Positions 1 to 30,200 of a stretch of 64,000 nt of DNA are shown here, piece after piece. The DNA lies in NCBI RefSeq assembly GCF_964204645.1, contig NC_134026.1, positions 2,751,950-2,815,949 on the forward strand. The letters are read 5' to 3'. The notes under the pieces were generated by a model. It was not told the origin of the DNA, ran no database searches, and saw nothing but the letters and a program-made list of their open reading frames with translations. Both the position numbers and the translations under genes were made by a program. Source of the stretch: Tubulanus polymorphus. Lineage: Eukaryota > Animalia > Nemertea. The first letter of the stretch is position 1; each line of letters opens with the position of its first letter.

Positions 1-1369
1 AATATCTGATTGGTTCTTCGCTAATTAGATATCGAAACACGCAGGATTGGTCGAATTGATGTCCATGCAGAATTTAGAGAGCCGGGTTATTCGCCTAGCG
101 GGTACGTTATTGTACTGACAAAACGTTATACCCCCCCTGTATGTCGTTAAATACTTGTCTAGTCTCGTACACAATGAATCACAACCAGAAATATTTATTC
201 TAAATATATAGAATAAACACGTTTGGTAATCGGGGTTATTCTTCTATTGTTGATATATAGTACACGGAGTCGCTTGATGAATTTGTGACGATTTTTTTAA
301 TCATAAATAAAGGCATTTTGTTCAAATATTTTTGGAATGCGTTTGATTGTTGGGACCCGAATGAAATTTCCGAGGTTGGAGAAATTAATTTCGCGGAAGA
401 TCTCGGAAACCCTAATTTCGTCAAACACCTGAACTCACTGAACTCGAGCCCTTAGAAATGGGATTGATGTCAAAAAATAATCGCGATAAAAGGAACGAAG
501 ATTTTAACCTATGTCTACAAAATATACGTGCGTTGCAGGTTACTCGAATAAACCGCCAGAGAAAATATTCCTGAATATGTTTTTTTTCTATTCTGTAAGG
601 ATTGTTTCATGGCTTCGAAAATCAGATTAAATATCCAGCTGCTAACACTGCACAGACAAAAAACTGGACCCGGTAACACAGTCGTGAGCTTTAACCAACT
701 GGAACCGGGTTCATTTTCAAGGCCCGATGATATTATCCGGGTAGATGGACTTATAATATACAAAGAAAACTACATAGACGTATATATCTTATCTCTCGTT
801 TCATAATAGACGAATCTCGTGTTTTGTAGAGAAAGCGTAACGTCGTTCAATCGTAACAGCGCTTTGGTCGATGCTGAAACTTCCACATGGGTTGCCTTAA
901 AGGATTGGTCGTGATCTATCAAATAGGTTATATCAGTGGTGCGATAGAAATCTAATTATTGCTTCTTATTTTGAGATATCTTCTGGTACTTATATGATTC
1001 AATTCGAATGGAAAAACAGAATAGCAATTCCGGATACTATTCTTGAAGAACTTTAGTTTTCTCGCCCCATTTCCAAGGGTTCTCTCGACATAAAAAAAAA
1101 ACAAAAAAAACTCAAAGGGCACCACCCAAATCGGAAGGAAGCCCCAGACGATTTGAGCCGGGATTACCTTTTTCAAATATTATGTCGTGTCTAGGGGTTC
1201 TAGAGAAAATTTGTCTTACTTTTCGTCAAGATAGACGGTGTTGCGCCCCTAATAGATCAATTTTTCTTGTACATTATTTGCAAAATTTTGTTGGTGACAC
1301 AATGCGGGATTCGAACCCACAGTGTCTGAGTGATGGCGAGCTCCGGGTTTTCCAAGAATTAGCTCCGAC

Positions 1370-1377
1370 CCGGAAGT
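1370..1377 (+). promoter_or_regulatory. ETS/GABP-type motif CCGGAAGT at probable BCKDK promoter
   Basis: Exact CCGGAAGT in a CpG-rich patch, followed by a candidate leader exon with a GTATGG donor near 1492; the same motif lies just before the AIP start codon. TSS is inferred. Confidence 0.45.
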
Positions 1378-1795
1378 ACACGCTGACATGCAAGCGGTGC
1401 GTGCTCTGCACGTCTACACAATTCTCAAAATCTAGCGTGCCCACACTGTGTGTTTATGGATGTGTTCAGTTTACGCGTCGAAGGAGATAATGTATGGATT
1501 ATTCTATTGTTTACTGCAGTTGTAGTGAACTGTTGTTTTGCTGGGAGGATAGTTTAGTGTGACCACTCATCACTTATTAAAACAAAAAAGTACAAAATGT
1601 TTTCTGCTGGTACTTCTCCTTCCTATAAACTTGTCGGGTTTGTCCATCATTGATTGACAGCTTTTGGACTGGTCCAGTTGCAAAGCTCTCCAGGAATGGA
1701 AATATCTGCTTGTTCTGACAACCTCTAAAGAGATACATGAATGAATATAGGAAGAAATTGATATAATAGGTGAGCAATTAATAAGGATATATAAC

Positions 1796-2409
1796 CACAG
1801 GCACTTGAATATGGGCTTTGATAATGGATAAATATTTGATAATTTACCAGCGATACGTTAATCCTACTTTAATAGATCGCCATGTTTTATAATAAATTTA
1901 CCCATGATGCAACGCGCGCCAGTCGTTTAGCTATACTATACAGAAAGGCTGGAAACGATCCTATCTCCGTAATGCTTTAATCTACCCGCAGTTATCGGGA
2001 CAGATGACGTCACAGCAATCCCGAAGAGGCATCGCGAATTTTCAAAAATCAATTTTGTTGCCATTAAAAATCTTTAATGGAGCTAAAACAGTGTCAATGT
2101 TTCCAAAAAAATCATCTACAATTGAAATTATGGGCGCTCCTATATTTCAGGATTAAAATTGACACTAAGGACGTACTTCGGCAATCATCGGCAGTGTTCG
2201 GCTGTCCCGATAACTGCGGGTAGATTTAAGCATTACGGAGATAGGATCGTTTCCAGCCTTTCTGTATAGTATAGCTAAACGACCGGCGCGCGTTGCATCA
2301 TGGGTAAATTTATTATAAAAAATGGCGATCTATTAAAGTAGGATTAACGTATCGCTGGTAAATTATCAAATATTTATCCATTATCAAAGCCCATATTCAA
2401 GTGCCTGTG
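1796..2409. mobile_element. Non-autonomous DNA transposon (MITE) with ~208-bp TIRs and 7-bp TSD, P-superfamily-like
   Basis: 1796-2003 is a near-perfect reverse complement of 2202-2409; termini CACAGG...CCTGTG; identical ATATAAC at 1789-1795 and 2410-2416; no ORF. CANRG termini with 7-8 bp TSD fit the P superfamily (assignment is inference). Confidence 0.92.
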
Positions 2410-3819
2410 ATATAACTGATTTTCCTTGAGGCAAGTTAAGTGCAGTGGCTTCGTTGAAGTGTAGCGTAGGCTACTGATTAGTTATTAGTACCAAGTTGAT
2501 TATATTGCAGTTTTATCAATTTATCATCAATATGTGTAAGAAGCAATCTTGCCACTGATAAGGTCGCCAATGACTAGAGAAAATCACCAGACAAGATTAA
2601 AAAAAAGATTGTGAATAAGCAGATTTTACAGATTTGATTTAAGTAGCCTCCGGATGATTTCATTGAGGCATAAAAATGATGCTGTGGCGATGTAGCCAGT
2701 CCTGTCTGTTACTCCTATACCTTAATAATTGATATATGTGTAACACTGCATTCTTGGTGTTGGCGCGTGACCAACAGTCAGTACCTAACATAAGGAGGGT
2801 TCATTTGGAGTTCAAGATATGCATCAGAAGTTTCTGGGGTGGATGAACCTTCACCTTAAAACAACAGGTGGTGAAAATATAGTATGGCAACAATCGGTGT
2901 CAAATGTGAAAGAATGAGTTAGTCTATAACTATATACTTGAGTCTTGAGTCTGACTTCATGAACTCATGGAATGAATTCGGAAAACAAAGATCAACTGAT
3001 AATTTGGTTGTATTGACATTGAAAGATTCTAAAATGTATGTCAGCGGTGAAGTGTGTGTCACATGATAAAAGTCTAAACAGGCATTTCATCTATTATCTT
3101 GTCATTTGTGAGGGGAAATGATTTACCAGGCTGGTTTATACCGGTCATGAAACTTAATTTGAAAATGCCTACCATGTTTACTGAGTCCAGGGTCTATTTA
3201 AGCTTCTTTCCAACAATTACTGCCCTCATTTAATGTGATAGTCGGCAATCCGGTAACCTTAATTTCTATATCTCAGCACACATTAATTCAATATATTACC
3301 ATTAGGCCTAAGTTTCACTGGGGTAAATACGAATTGTAGCACAAAGCAATGTTTGCTGTATGTGAAAGCATATTATATTTTTCTAAATTAGTGTATGAAA
3401 GTTATTCACGGATTATTATTGGTGAAACTGCAAGTGCGTGGTTAATGCAGTGCTTTTTTATGATGGTATCTATTTTTAGCTTTAGTTCATGGAACTAGGT
3501 GAAGTTTAATAGTCGACGACGTGCAACATTGCATGAAGCTATTGTATACGTCCCTACAAAACTCGTTTTTTCCCCAGCAGTCTTTGCATAAAAACCTTTG
3601 TGGCGTAACGAAGACTCCTTATATTATGTATTTGATTGACTAATCCATTTTTCTCGACATAAATCAGTTCTTGGTAAATCAAATTCAAAGAATGTTCTTT
3701 CTCTGCTTATATCGTCATTTAGTTGGTTATGTTGAAATCAACCATAGCCTTAGGCTACGTATTTGGAGTTAGAAATATTTGATTTCAGTACGTAATATTC
3801 AATATTACAGAGTTGAAAG

Positions 3820-6800
3820 ATGGATCTGTCGAAGAAAATGATACCAAAATTTGTGGACCTGGCTCGTACATCTACAAAAATTAGGGCGACCGCAGTTGTT
3901 TCGCCATTTCGTCAGCAAGATGGCGCTCGTAGATCACTGATGCGGCAAAGGGCCACGGACGCTTCGGCGCAGAAATTTCAAGATAATACCCGCGTTGTGA
4001 CCACGTTCTTTAATCAAAGCGCGATTGACGTCGCAGCAGCCAAGGTAAGAATGAACCATCTACAGATCTTGGGACTTGTTTAGTAGAGTTAGATTCAAGG
4101 CACTACGATTGGAAGCCAGCTTCAGTGGAAGTGATTTACCTGTCCAATATGCTTAAAACACGATTTCCAATATGTCAAGTCTATGAAATCCAATGCTTCC
4201 CAGAGATTTGAAAATCATTAGAAAAACATTTACAGTTTGTGTTATTTCTTATTTTCATAATATATACGTGTATTCAGAGTTTATTGTTTATTTGCTAATA
4301 ATTATGAATGAATGTTTTTTAGGCATCTGTACGGCTTACACCTACAACAATGCTTTATGCTGGCAGAACACCTGACGACTCACATATGTTGGTAAGTACG
4401 TGGGATATTGAAATTTAGTATGCAACAGACAATACGCTATAGATTCCTTTAGACTCTTGCGTCAGCCATGGTTCTTATTTTTAACCCTTTCAAGTCTAGT
4501 TGTACGTAGACAGCAATTTGAATAGATTCTGGCTACATGCAAAAAACAATAGATCATAGACTAAAGACCCAACTCCCACCGGCCCCTAAGCCTTAGGTCA
4601 ACAGTGTCATTTTATAAGGACAACCTGCCGATTTTAATGAGATGGCTATGAATTCATTCTCATTGAATATTTTAGAGAAGTGCACAGTACTTACATAAAG
4701 AACTACCTGTAAGAATAGCTCATAGGATCACAGGATTTCGAAATCTCCCTTTCATTGTCGGTTGCAATCCGACAATCTTGGCTGTTGTAAGTATAAACAA
4801 AGTATTGGGAAATCTTATCAAAAAGTTGTTTCATAATTAGGCCTAATGCTTTTTGAAAACCTTGTATTCTGATCTTATTTTAAGTAAATACCAGTGTATA
4901 TTCATAGACTTGATATCAAAATGCATTTATGATTTCAGCATGAAATGTACATAAGAGCATTTAAGATGCTTTCGGAGTTTCCTGCTGTAAGTACTGGTCT
5001 CGTATTCCGACCAGAGTTCTGCCCTAAACTGAGTTGCTGAGACAATTCTCTCATTTCTACAGATAACTGGTTTCAAAGTTGAACAACAATATAGTCGTTT
5101 ACTACAAGATCTTTTAGAAGACTATAAAGACGTTGTCACTTTACTCGCAGAAGGCTTCAGTGAATCCCGTAAACATATCAAGGTGAGTTATGCTTGGTTT
5201 TTGGGATATAACAGGCTAGCAGCGGTTTTCAAAATCAATTTTCCTATTGTGTGAGATATATTTCAATCTTTGACCGATAGATCTGTTGAACTAATGGTAG
5301 TCGGACTTCGAACTGGGTTATTGATAGAAAAATATCCAAAGTTGATTTTATTTCTGAAAATGCCCTTGAATTTTCGGTCAAAGAACGCATGTGATTGTTG
5401 AAAAATTGTTGGACTTAATGTTTAATGAAGTGCAAGAACTCTTCACATATCTATTTAGTACATAAGAGTATGTAACTTACTGAAATGTTTATAGTCCCAA
5501 CGTTACTGAAGAAGCCAGAATTACTTCTTTTATAGGTTGCATTTTTTAATGACTAAAATAGATTTAATTTGTGGCTAAAATTAGAATTATTAAGCCTAGA
5601 TTATTATCAATGAAATGTGGTTGTTTTGATGATTTCTATTTTGTGTATGATGATTTCAGGATGAAGCGATGGTTAAAACGTTTCTCGATCGTACGTTGAC
5701 GTCTCGTCTCGGTATACGAATGCTCTGCGAACACCACCTCGCTTTACACGATAACAAACCCAACCACGTCGGCATCATCAACGTGCATTTCTCACCGAAA
5801 TCTATAATCGAGAGAAAAGTTGAATTCAGCAGGTACAGATAAATATATATATATATCAGGGGAGAATCCCGCAATAATGACGAAAAAACAAAGACCGAAA
5901 ATGTTCCTGGAGCTAGTAGTTTATTCGACGTTTCAACTATTTTCTAAGTCATCTTCAGGAATACTTTTCATTGTGGGATTCTATTGACATAATCGTCACA
6001 ACACAGATATAAGGCCTATTTATGAACACTCGATTAGTACATTCGAGTATGCAAAACGTTTTTATGAGCATGGATTATGTCATAATCCGTCATTTTTATG
6101 AACATTGGTTATCATAATCGATTAGCATACTCAGCATACTCGCTCGTCGAGCAAGTATGCCGATTATCTAATCCAACCGATATGGTGTTCTCGGTAGAAG
6201 TCGCTGCTGAGTAGGCCATAATTGAATAATTTCTACCTGGCGTTTTTATCAACCAACATACCCGGTTATGCTAATTGACACTAATCGGCTATATAATCTA
6301 AATAGCTAATCTATTTCGATTTTGCTGGTTCATAAAAAGGCCTATAGTGTTTTATCAATGGTGAACAGATAAATATACTCTGACATTTTTTCGGTTGATC
6401 GAATGCGGTTTATCCTTAAACAGCTTTATTCTTATTATTCAACAGACGAATATGTGAAATGAAGTACGGACATGCTCCACAAGTAATTATAAATGGCCAT
6501 ATTAACGCGACATTTCCGTACATTCCGCAACCATTGGAATATATACTGGGAGAACTACTCAAAAATGCGATGAGGTACGAAAAGCTCAGTTTTTCCTAAC
6601 GCCGTCGGAATTTCATCGCTGAACTCCGTAATTCGACGCTTTATTATCAAAATTTCAGAGCAACACTTGAATACCACGCCGATAGTCCTCAGATGCCAGA
6701 TGTACAGGTTACTATCGCCAGTAATGATGTCGACTTCGTTATCAAGTAATTACTGAAAATTAGTTCATTTTCGATGAAATTGGAACTAGATTTTTAGAAT

Positions 6801-8059
6801 TTTGCTTGTCTTTCTTATTTCAGAATATCGGATCGTGGAGGTGGAATACCGCATAACATCGTTCAAAGAGTTTTCGAATATCATTTCACAACCAGCGGTC
6901 AAACGGACAATCAGAACCATGATGGTGGACTTTTCGGGGAGATCATGGAGAATAGATCTGCTGGGCCAATGCATGGGTAAATGATGTTTCAATTCTACTT
7001 GCACATTGACATCCGTCACTGTTATTGTATATTTGGTTAACTTGTAAGTCTATATATTTTTGCCTTGGGATAGTTGGACTGCGTACTGATCTATCTGTTA
7101 AGCAGTATGCTTGCTGGTGCAAAATATTTCGATTAGAAATGATAGGGTTTTAATGGCAGCCATGTATGTTATTTACAAGATATTTTGCACTATAGGTTGC
7201 TTGAAGATGATACCAATTTGATAGATTACTATAAGTAAGCCTTATATAAGTTCATCTAACCATATATAATGGAAGACTCAGATTATATTCCATATGCTTA
7301 AAAAAGAGCATCTTCATAACCTTATGTGCCGAGTATAAACAAGTCTCGATTCTACATGTATTTATGATTCTCTTAATACCTATATAGGTCAACCAGTTCA
7401 ACCTCAATGTATATGTATGGGTATGTGCTGATTCATAGTAGTTTTCTCTGCACTTTGAGCAATTCTTGGTTTATAATGCATTTTTATTGATAATCCGTAT
7501 ATTCCGTAAAAATCATACCATGCATGTACATACGACGAGAGGAAAAATCTTACTATACCTTTACCGCAGTTTCCTGTTAACGAATGAATTAAATCGTCTA
7601 TTTACATAACTATCGTTGATTTTATGAAATTCATCGGTTTTGGTTAGGAACAGATCTTACATTGCGATTTACAAAGTTGGTAACCTTTGCATGTTGTAAT
7701 AATGTAGATCGCTATGACATACCGGGGTACATGAGCTTCACTAAAATTTCATATAATTCTAGCATCACATCCTTGTTCACCATATATTCATCAATGATCA
7801 CCTATTTTGATAACAGATTATAACAAAAATTCTCATAGTTCACAAACATAGTTGATAGAATTTTTTAAGTGGACTCGTCTTTTTCATTGATTTTAACCAT
7901 TTCTATTATTTCAGGTTTGGTTTCGGGCTCCCGGCGTCTAAAGCTTATGCTGAGTATCTCGGTGGAAGTATCAGCATGGAAACGTTGCAAGGTATTGGAA
8001 CAGATATTTACCTAAGACTGCGTCACATTGATGGCAAACAGGAAAGCTTCCGTATTTGA
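3820..8059 (+). CDS. BCKDK: Branched-chain alpha-ketoacid dehydrogenase kinase (mitochondrial PDK/BCKDK family)
   Basis: Phase-consistent GT-AG exons ~3820-4044, 4323-4391, 4676-4786, 4939-4986, 5063-5182, 5660-5832, 6446-6574, 6659-6745, 6824-6976, 7915-8059. Encodes [38 protein letters not shown]-box [29 protein letters not shown] and C-terminal ESFRI*. Confidence 0.96.
5861..5982 (-). mobile_element. Penelope-like pLTR fragment carrying a minimal hammerhead ribozyme motif
   Basis: Begins GAGAATCCCGCAAT next to a (TA)n run and ends with inverted ATTGTGGGATTCT; related to 53299-53504 and 63928-64000; contains hammerhead core at 5922-5963. Confidence 0.7.
5922..5963 (-). ncRNA. Minimal type I hammerhead ribozyme motif
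   Basis: Minus strand reads UAUUC-CUGAAGA-U-GACU-uagaaaau-AGUU-GAA-ACGU-C-GAAUA: stem I UAUUC/GAAUA, core CUGANGA and GAAA, stem II GACU/AGUU, palindromic ACGU in place of stem III, GUC cleavage triplet. Confidence 0.7.
6013..6342. mobile_element. MITE with 15-bp TIRs (GGCC termini, PIF/Harbinger-like)
   Basis: GGCCTATTTATGAAC (6013-6027) versus GTTCATAAAAAGGCC (6328-6342), one mismatch; TSD imperfect (TAA/TAT). Confidence 0.55.
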
Positions 8060-8375
8060 ACATTGATCAAACCAACATGGAGAGGGAGCAGACGACCCTC
8101 CCTGTAAATCAATCACAATGAAACCGTATGCTTTTATGTTCTATAACTCTCCAGTTTGGTAAACACAGGTGTTTAAATTATCAAAGTAGTTAGAAATATT
8201 GCGCGACTTTGTATTTTTAATTTAAGTTGATGAAAAACAGGTCCAATGAAGTAGAGAGGAATCTACTTCTATATTTTTATATGCACCTTGTCCTTTGCAA
8301 CAATGCTGCACATTCTGAAATGAAAACTGACTCTAAGGTGCTCGTCTCAAATTTCAAGACAAAAAATGATTCGTA

Positions 8376-8601
8376 CAGGGTTTCTACTGAGCAGAGAATC
8401 CTGATTCTTCTTGAGAGTCAGGGAATTAAGAATTTTTGTTGTCTTGTTGCTCTTGCTGTTGATGAGTTTTCGAAAGAACCTTCTAAGAAACACTCACTGA
8501 GGATATCTTATAATTCTTTTAATTAAGTTTTGGTTGAGGGTCAGAGAAAAATCAAGAGAAATATCAGAGAATTTTGAATTCTCTGATCTGTAAGAACCCT
8601 G
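8376..8601. mobile_element. Degenerate MITE in BCKDK 3' UTR
   Basis: CAGGGTTTCT..CAGAGAAT versus ATTCTCTG..AGAACCCTG imperfect TIRs with internal AGAGAA subrepeats; no TSD seen. Confidence 0.45.
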
Positions 8602-11212
8602 TTCACATTTTTTCATAGAAAACCATTTATGTATAATACTTCAAAACTAATGATGATGAATGACTTTTTGTTCTGTGTGTATTAATACTTCAATGTGTTT
8701 GTTATGATTTTGATTCATCAAGGTTACTTGATGACTAGATATATAGGGCTATTATATAGCACCAAATAGAAATTGTAAGATTTAGAGGTTTATTTTGTTA
8801 GATGTATGTATTAAGCATTGAATTATCAGTTTGCTTTGCTATTTTGCTTATAGATTTATCATATATTTAATGTATTTTCTGTGCAGTGTATATCGGAATG
8901 CTATTTGTAAATATTTTTCGAAGTAAGCTAAGCTTACTATTTGTTGTCTTTTGATTGCATTTCACCAGAAATTATGAGTATTGTTGTTCAATACTAGTTT
9001 CTGATTTTATCATAATAACGTATCGTTCTATTATTTTTCTCAGGTTAGTTAAATTCAAATTTGAATCTTTCCTTTGTCTCACTCTCCTAGTGTGCCTCAA
9101 GCCTGATGTCGTAGATCACTTCCCTTGTGCATAATGTTCCATTGCTTTGTAGATGTAGTATATATATATATATTTCTTAGTATGCTGGCAGAGAAACAGG
9201 TATTTGAAAATGATTGCATTGTCGATCTTCATGTTTGATGACAAAATGATTTTAATTTGTTGAGGAACATTGAAAAAAGTAGTCAAAACGTGTAAATACA
9301 GTTAATTCTTTTCCCATATTATTATGTACAAATGTGCTTTTAATGTTACGAATTGATACAGTGTGAAAAATCATTGTGAAAATTTATTAATTTCCGGTGG
9401 TCTCTAATAAGTAATAAATTTATAGCTCATAGTTTATATATTGTTGTTGCTTTCTTTTAATATCTTAAGACAGGAGTTTTGAAGCTTTATTTGCCAAAAA
9501 GCTGTTTTAAGGCCTACACTTAGGTAAATCTTCAATACATCCTCCTGTTTTTGGCTAGAGTTATATAACTGGAGTGGCAACATCAATAGCAAGTGTACTT
9601 ACAAACATTTGTATCATATGGTTTCGATTGGGCTCTACCTATTCTGGAAGGTCGAGCAGCGCATCCCAAAGCCACACTCCATTGGTGGTCATTTGATAAA
9701 TCAATCCACTGCTATATTCAAATAAATTCTCATTACCACTGTTGTAATGTGATATACAGGGGGAATATTTGGGGAAACTCAAACTCATTGACAAAGGTCA
9801 ACCAAGATACTAGCCTTAAGGAAATTTGAGCATCAAGATTCACTCGGTGGTAACACTTTTTCATTTGTTTCCATTCGAAACTAACTTAATTTGAGGCTAA
9901 ATTGTGGGAAAAATGCCTAATTTTTATCCCAAATATGCTAGTTGCGTAATTGCTAATTCCTCTGTGCTGCTAATTTCCAAAAATGAATGCGTAAGTAGTC
10001 CCAGGACCTGACATTTGCGAGAGCCTTACAAGATGTTTTCATGAAAATTTCTAGTTTCGTGAAAAATCGAGCCCCCAGAGACATGGGTGGCTACGGGCCC
10101 GATATATCAGTGAATCCTTGTACTATGAATTGATACACGCCTGACATGAATGACAACAGAACACAAAGTTATTTGTATGAAATTTTATTGCTCTTAACTG
10201 CGTAATAAGTTAGTATCATAATGGTTTTTAAAATCACAGATTATTAAATTTGAATTATCGCATCACTGAATTCATGTACAGAAGTATATCGATCAAGCAT
10301 TTTTTGATTAGTTGTGTGCAGCTTGGATGGATTACATGATCTTGTGTAGCAGTATATTCTACAACCCTGCATATATTTTAGAAAGCACCTTCTAATTGAT
10401 AAAACTACATAAAAATAATAATAACCTATTTACATTCTTATAATAAAATACTGGTAAATTATGAAAGAATTTATACTTAAAGAGTACGGTAATGATTTCT
10501 CCTACACAATGCATGTAACCCAGAGCTCTGAATGTCAGAACCTTACTTGTTTATATCTATATAACAAGAAAGACTTTAGCGCCCAAATCTGTATGTTTTG
10601 ATTGGTGCATCATTTATCGACCATTTTCAAATTTCGATACTTTTGATTTATTCTAAAAGTATTTTCATAACAAGATTCGACCCTTGATTGAATGAAGTTT
10701 TGAGTACTTCAGAATTAAGTAGATAACCATGATTTTCTTTGTATACATATATGATTCCATCAAATAATTCAAGAAATATAGTTTTGAATGAAAATAGACA
10801 TTATCTATTATTCATTGTTATGACTAGGGGGAGGCCTTCTGGTTTTTTGCTTGAAAATTTGGACTATTAATGCCCGCAGAAAGTGTCTTAACTTACTAAA
10901 ATAAGATAACAAAAAATCAAATTTTGTTAAATCTTTACCTTCTAAAAATGAAATAGAATTCTATAGCGAAATATCAATTAAAATAGAACTAAAGAATAAA
11001 ATCTGCCGAAACAATTGAGAATCAATTCATCACATTGATCAAGCCATAGGCAGCGATGTCTAGGTAAAAACTTATATCTCCAATAAAACCTTTTATATGC
11101 TGTACATATGATTAAGCACCAGCAGGTATGTTATTCATAACATAAGTAACAGAAATACCTTCTAATTTACAATTCTATGTATTACCAAAACATGCATATA
11201 TTTATTTCACAA

Positions 11213-27259
<16,047 letters not shown>

Positions 27260-30200
27260 CTTCGATCGAAACTATCAAACCGAACACTAGACCACGTTCT
27301 CAACTGTCATGTCTACAAGTACAAGACAAAAATACGGTTTAATCTTTGAGAAAGTGCTAATCCTTTTTTCTAAGGTATACACGTTCGATAGTGTTCTCGA
27401 CTAAACATAATTGCCAGTGAAAATAAAATGTGTTTTGAAAATAAACTGGATTGTTCATGGCGATTTGCTTTTCCATTGTCGACTGTTATCCACCAGGTCA
27501 GAGTTGCGGTAAAACATGTCTTTCAATCATAACCTCCTATTAAAAATATGCAGCTCAAAACACTCCTTTTTACCGTCGTCGAACGAGACGACTGACTATA
27601 TAAAATCAGTAAATAGTAATGAAAGCAAAATCATTGAAGCATGTTCGCGGCATTAATGTATTCATTAGGAGTATTGAAAACCTTGCTGCGCATGTATTGA
27701 CGAAATAAGGATTAACCGAAGGGCAGAATGCGTTGTATTTTGGATTAACACTAATCCCATCAAATAACTTTTGATAGAAAAGATTCTAGAAAGAGACACC
27801 GTTGATTCCTAATATCGTAGCTTTCTATCGTGAATTACCAAATCAAACACAAACCATAATGAATAATGTTCATTCATATTCAAGATCTATCGAATCTGTC
27901 AGGTTGAATTCAAAACACTGCAGTAGAATTAGGTCTAAATTGCTAAATTGGTGTTAAAATATTCATTCATAAGACTTAATTGTTTAATCCCCGACAGCAC
28001 AGGGCCGGTGGAAGCAAGTTGACATTTGCCCAGCCCATACCCAACATGCGAGGCATTAGCAGCACCATAGCCATGAAAATTTCAGGAGGTTCCTCTGATA
28101 AATTTTTTCTTAAATGAATGCATTTTGAAGGGGCTATTTGAGACCAAAGTATCCTGCACAAATCTTTTAAATTTTACGTCCAATATCGTGTGTTACTAGA
28201 GAGATCATATTAAGCCCTGCACGGCTGGCCCAGCAATATTGGGTCTTATCTTACATTTGTAATTAAACCGTAATCGGATAGTTGAGCTCAACCAAACATT
28301 CTTTTAACCCACGGGATAGGGGAAATGCTATACACGAACTTCGCTACATTAATTAATCCTATAAACGATCCATACGCATTTCTTCGACGCCTTAACTTCG
28401 TCAAATCAATCATTTTCCTATATTTTTAGATACGAGTTGAAAAACTGCCAACGCTTATTTAAACAGTCGACAAATGAATAATCGATTGACGTGAATTCAA
28501 TTCCCAGGTCGTGATACTAGATACAGGATTATACGACAATTATGAACAAAGAGAAATGTAGACAGGATTATTAATTATGCGTAGATGCAAAGAAAAAAAA
28601 CGGAGTCTCTTTACGTGATATTTCTCATGGCGGAATTAGAATGACACAGAACGAATTCTAAGAAATGAAATTATTTTCAGATATTCGATATCTAAACAAG
28701 ACCAGAGGATGAAAGAGCGATTAGAAACATTCGTAGAAATTTGTATATTGTTGACTTATCTATTATTATGCATACACGCGTCGTCAGTGAACTCGGCAAA
28801 TAGTAAACTGGAATTCCAAAAACCTGACATTACGATTGTTTTGAAAAATTGAAGCGCAACGATGATTCGAAGTGAACATCAACGTAAACTAAGCTTCGCA
28901 AAGTAAGAACTAGTATATTCAATAAATTATGTGTTATATTGTGAAGTTTCCCTCAGCATCCTAGCTGGCACTAGGATGCATTCCCGCAGTCTGGTGAAAC
29001 AAATCATTCATGGCCTCGGGATCGAAACAATATCTCAAATTTAGATAGGTAAAAAAGTCTGTCGCGCCCGAACAGAGCCCAAATTCAAGTGGGCCACTTC
29101 TCAGATTCAATGAAAAGACCTGACTCTACAATAACAATACAGTAAACCTTGCCTAACTCGGACAAACTGAGACCGGCGAAATTGAAGTAAGCAAAATCAG
29201 AGTTAAAGAAATATGTTCATTGATTATTTCATTTTTGCCCGAGTTAGTTGAAAGTCGAGTAAGCCATGTCTGAGTATACGAACAGTACTAAACTTACTTG
29301 ACTCTAATTCAGCACCGAGTTTAAATCCACAATATACGAGAAATATTAATACGAATTCCTACGAATTCCTGCACGAATCTTCAAAACAGGCACTAAATAG
29401 CTTTACGCACATGCCAGAGACTTAACTCCGCGAACACTTTCTTAGTGTACGGCAAATTAATGTCTGGAACTACTACACAGAATGAATCGCTGACGACCGA
29501 CTGGTATACGACAGGCGTTCGTCACGACAGCCACGGGTTTCAATAAAAACCGTCGTCGCACGGTGAGAACTAAACTTCCACGAAGAATCGCATGCATGAA
29601 CCGACTGCGGGCTGCCGCGCTGGAAATCCGTTCCAACTAATTTAGAATAATTGTGCGCTTTAATTGCGGGTATTTTCTCGGCTAATTCCGATTCGAGTCG
29701 CGCTTCAAAGATCAGACGCAATAAACTGCTGTTTCAACATAAAACGCGCCTTCAATTCTCGTCCATAAGATTTGTGTTGTCCCCACTGGGGCAAAGTACG
29801 ATTGAATTTACCGATCCTATTGCGCGCGGCAGGCCTAGCGAGTGAAAGGTCTCCCGGTACGTTGATTAAAAATGCACGTCTTATAATTGTATCATGTTTG
29901 AACAATTACAAGGAAGAGTACAGACAACTACTGTAGATAAACGAAACCAGCGGTATTGTCCTGTTGAACAGCACGCCGAAATATCTGCAAATATACCAAA
30001 TATTGACAGACACTCAATAGATATATGAGGTTTACTGGTTTTGCCGAACCCCCTGCGCCGACTGTGTAAAGATTACCTCATTTCACCTGAAATTCAATAG
30101 TCAGTCATTCGTCATAACATCTTACTAAATGGGGGCCTGATTTCAGGTCTGTCAGGTTACGAATATAATGCGGCGATTCCTGTAACTAACACTCGAAAAA

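Noticed and set aside
1-915. Exon-like + strand segments (29-101, 639-740, 829-) that may be the 3' end of an upstream gene
   Set aside because: Could not join them into one phase-consistent frame or recognise the protein.
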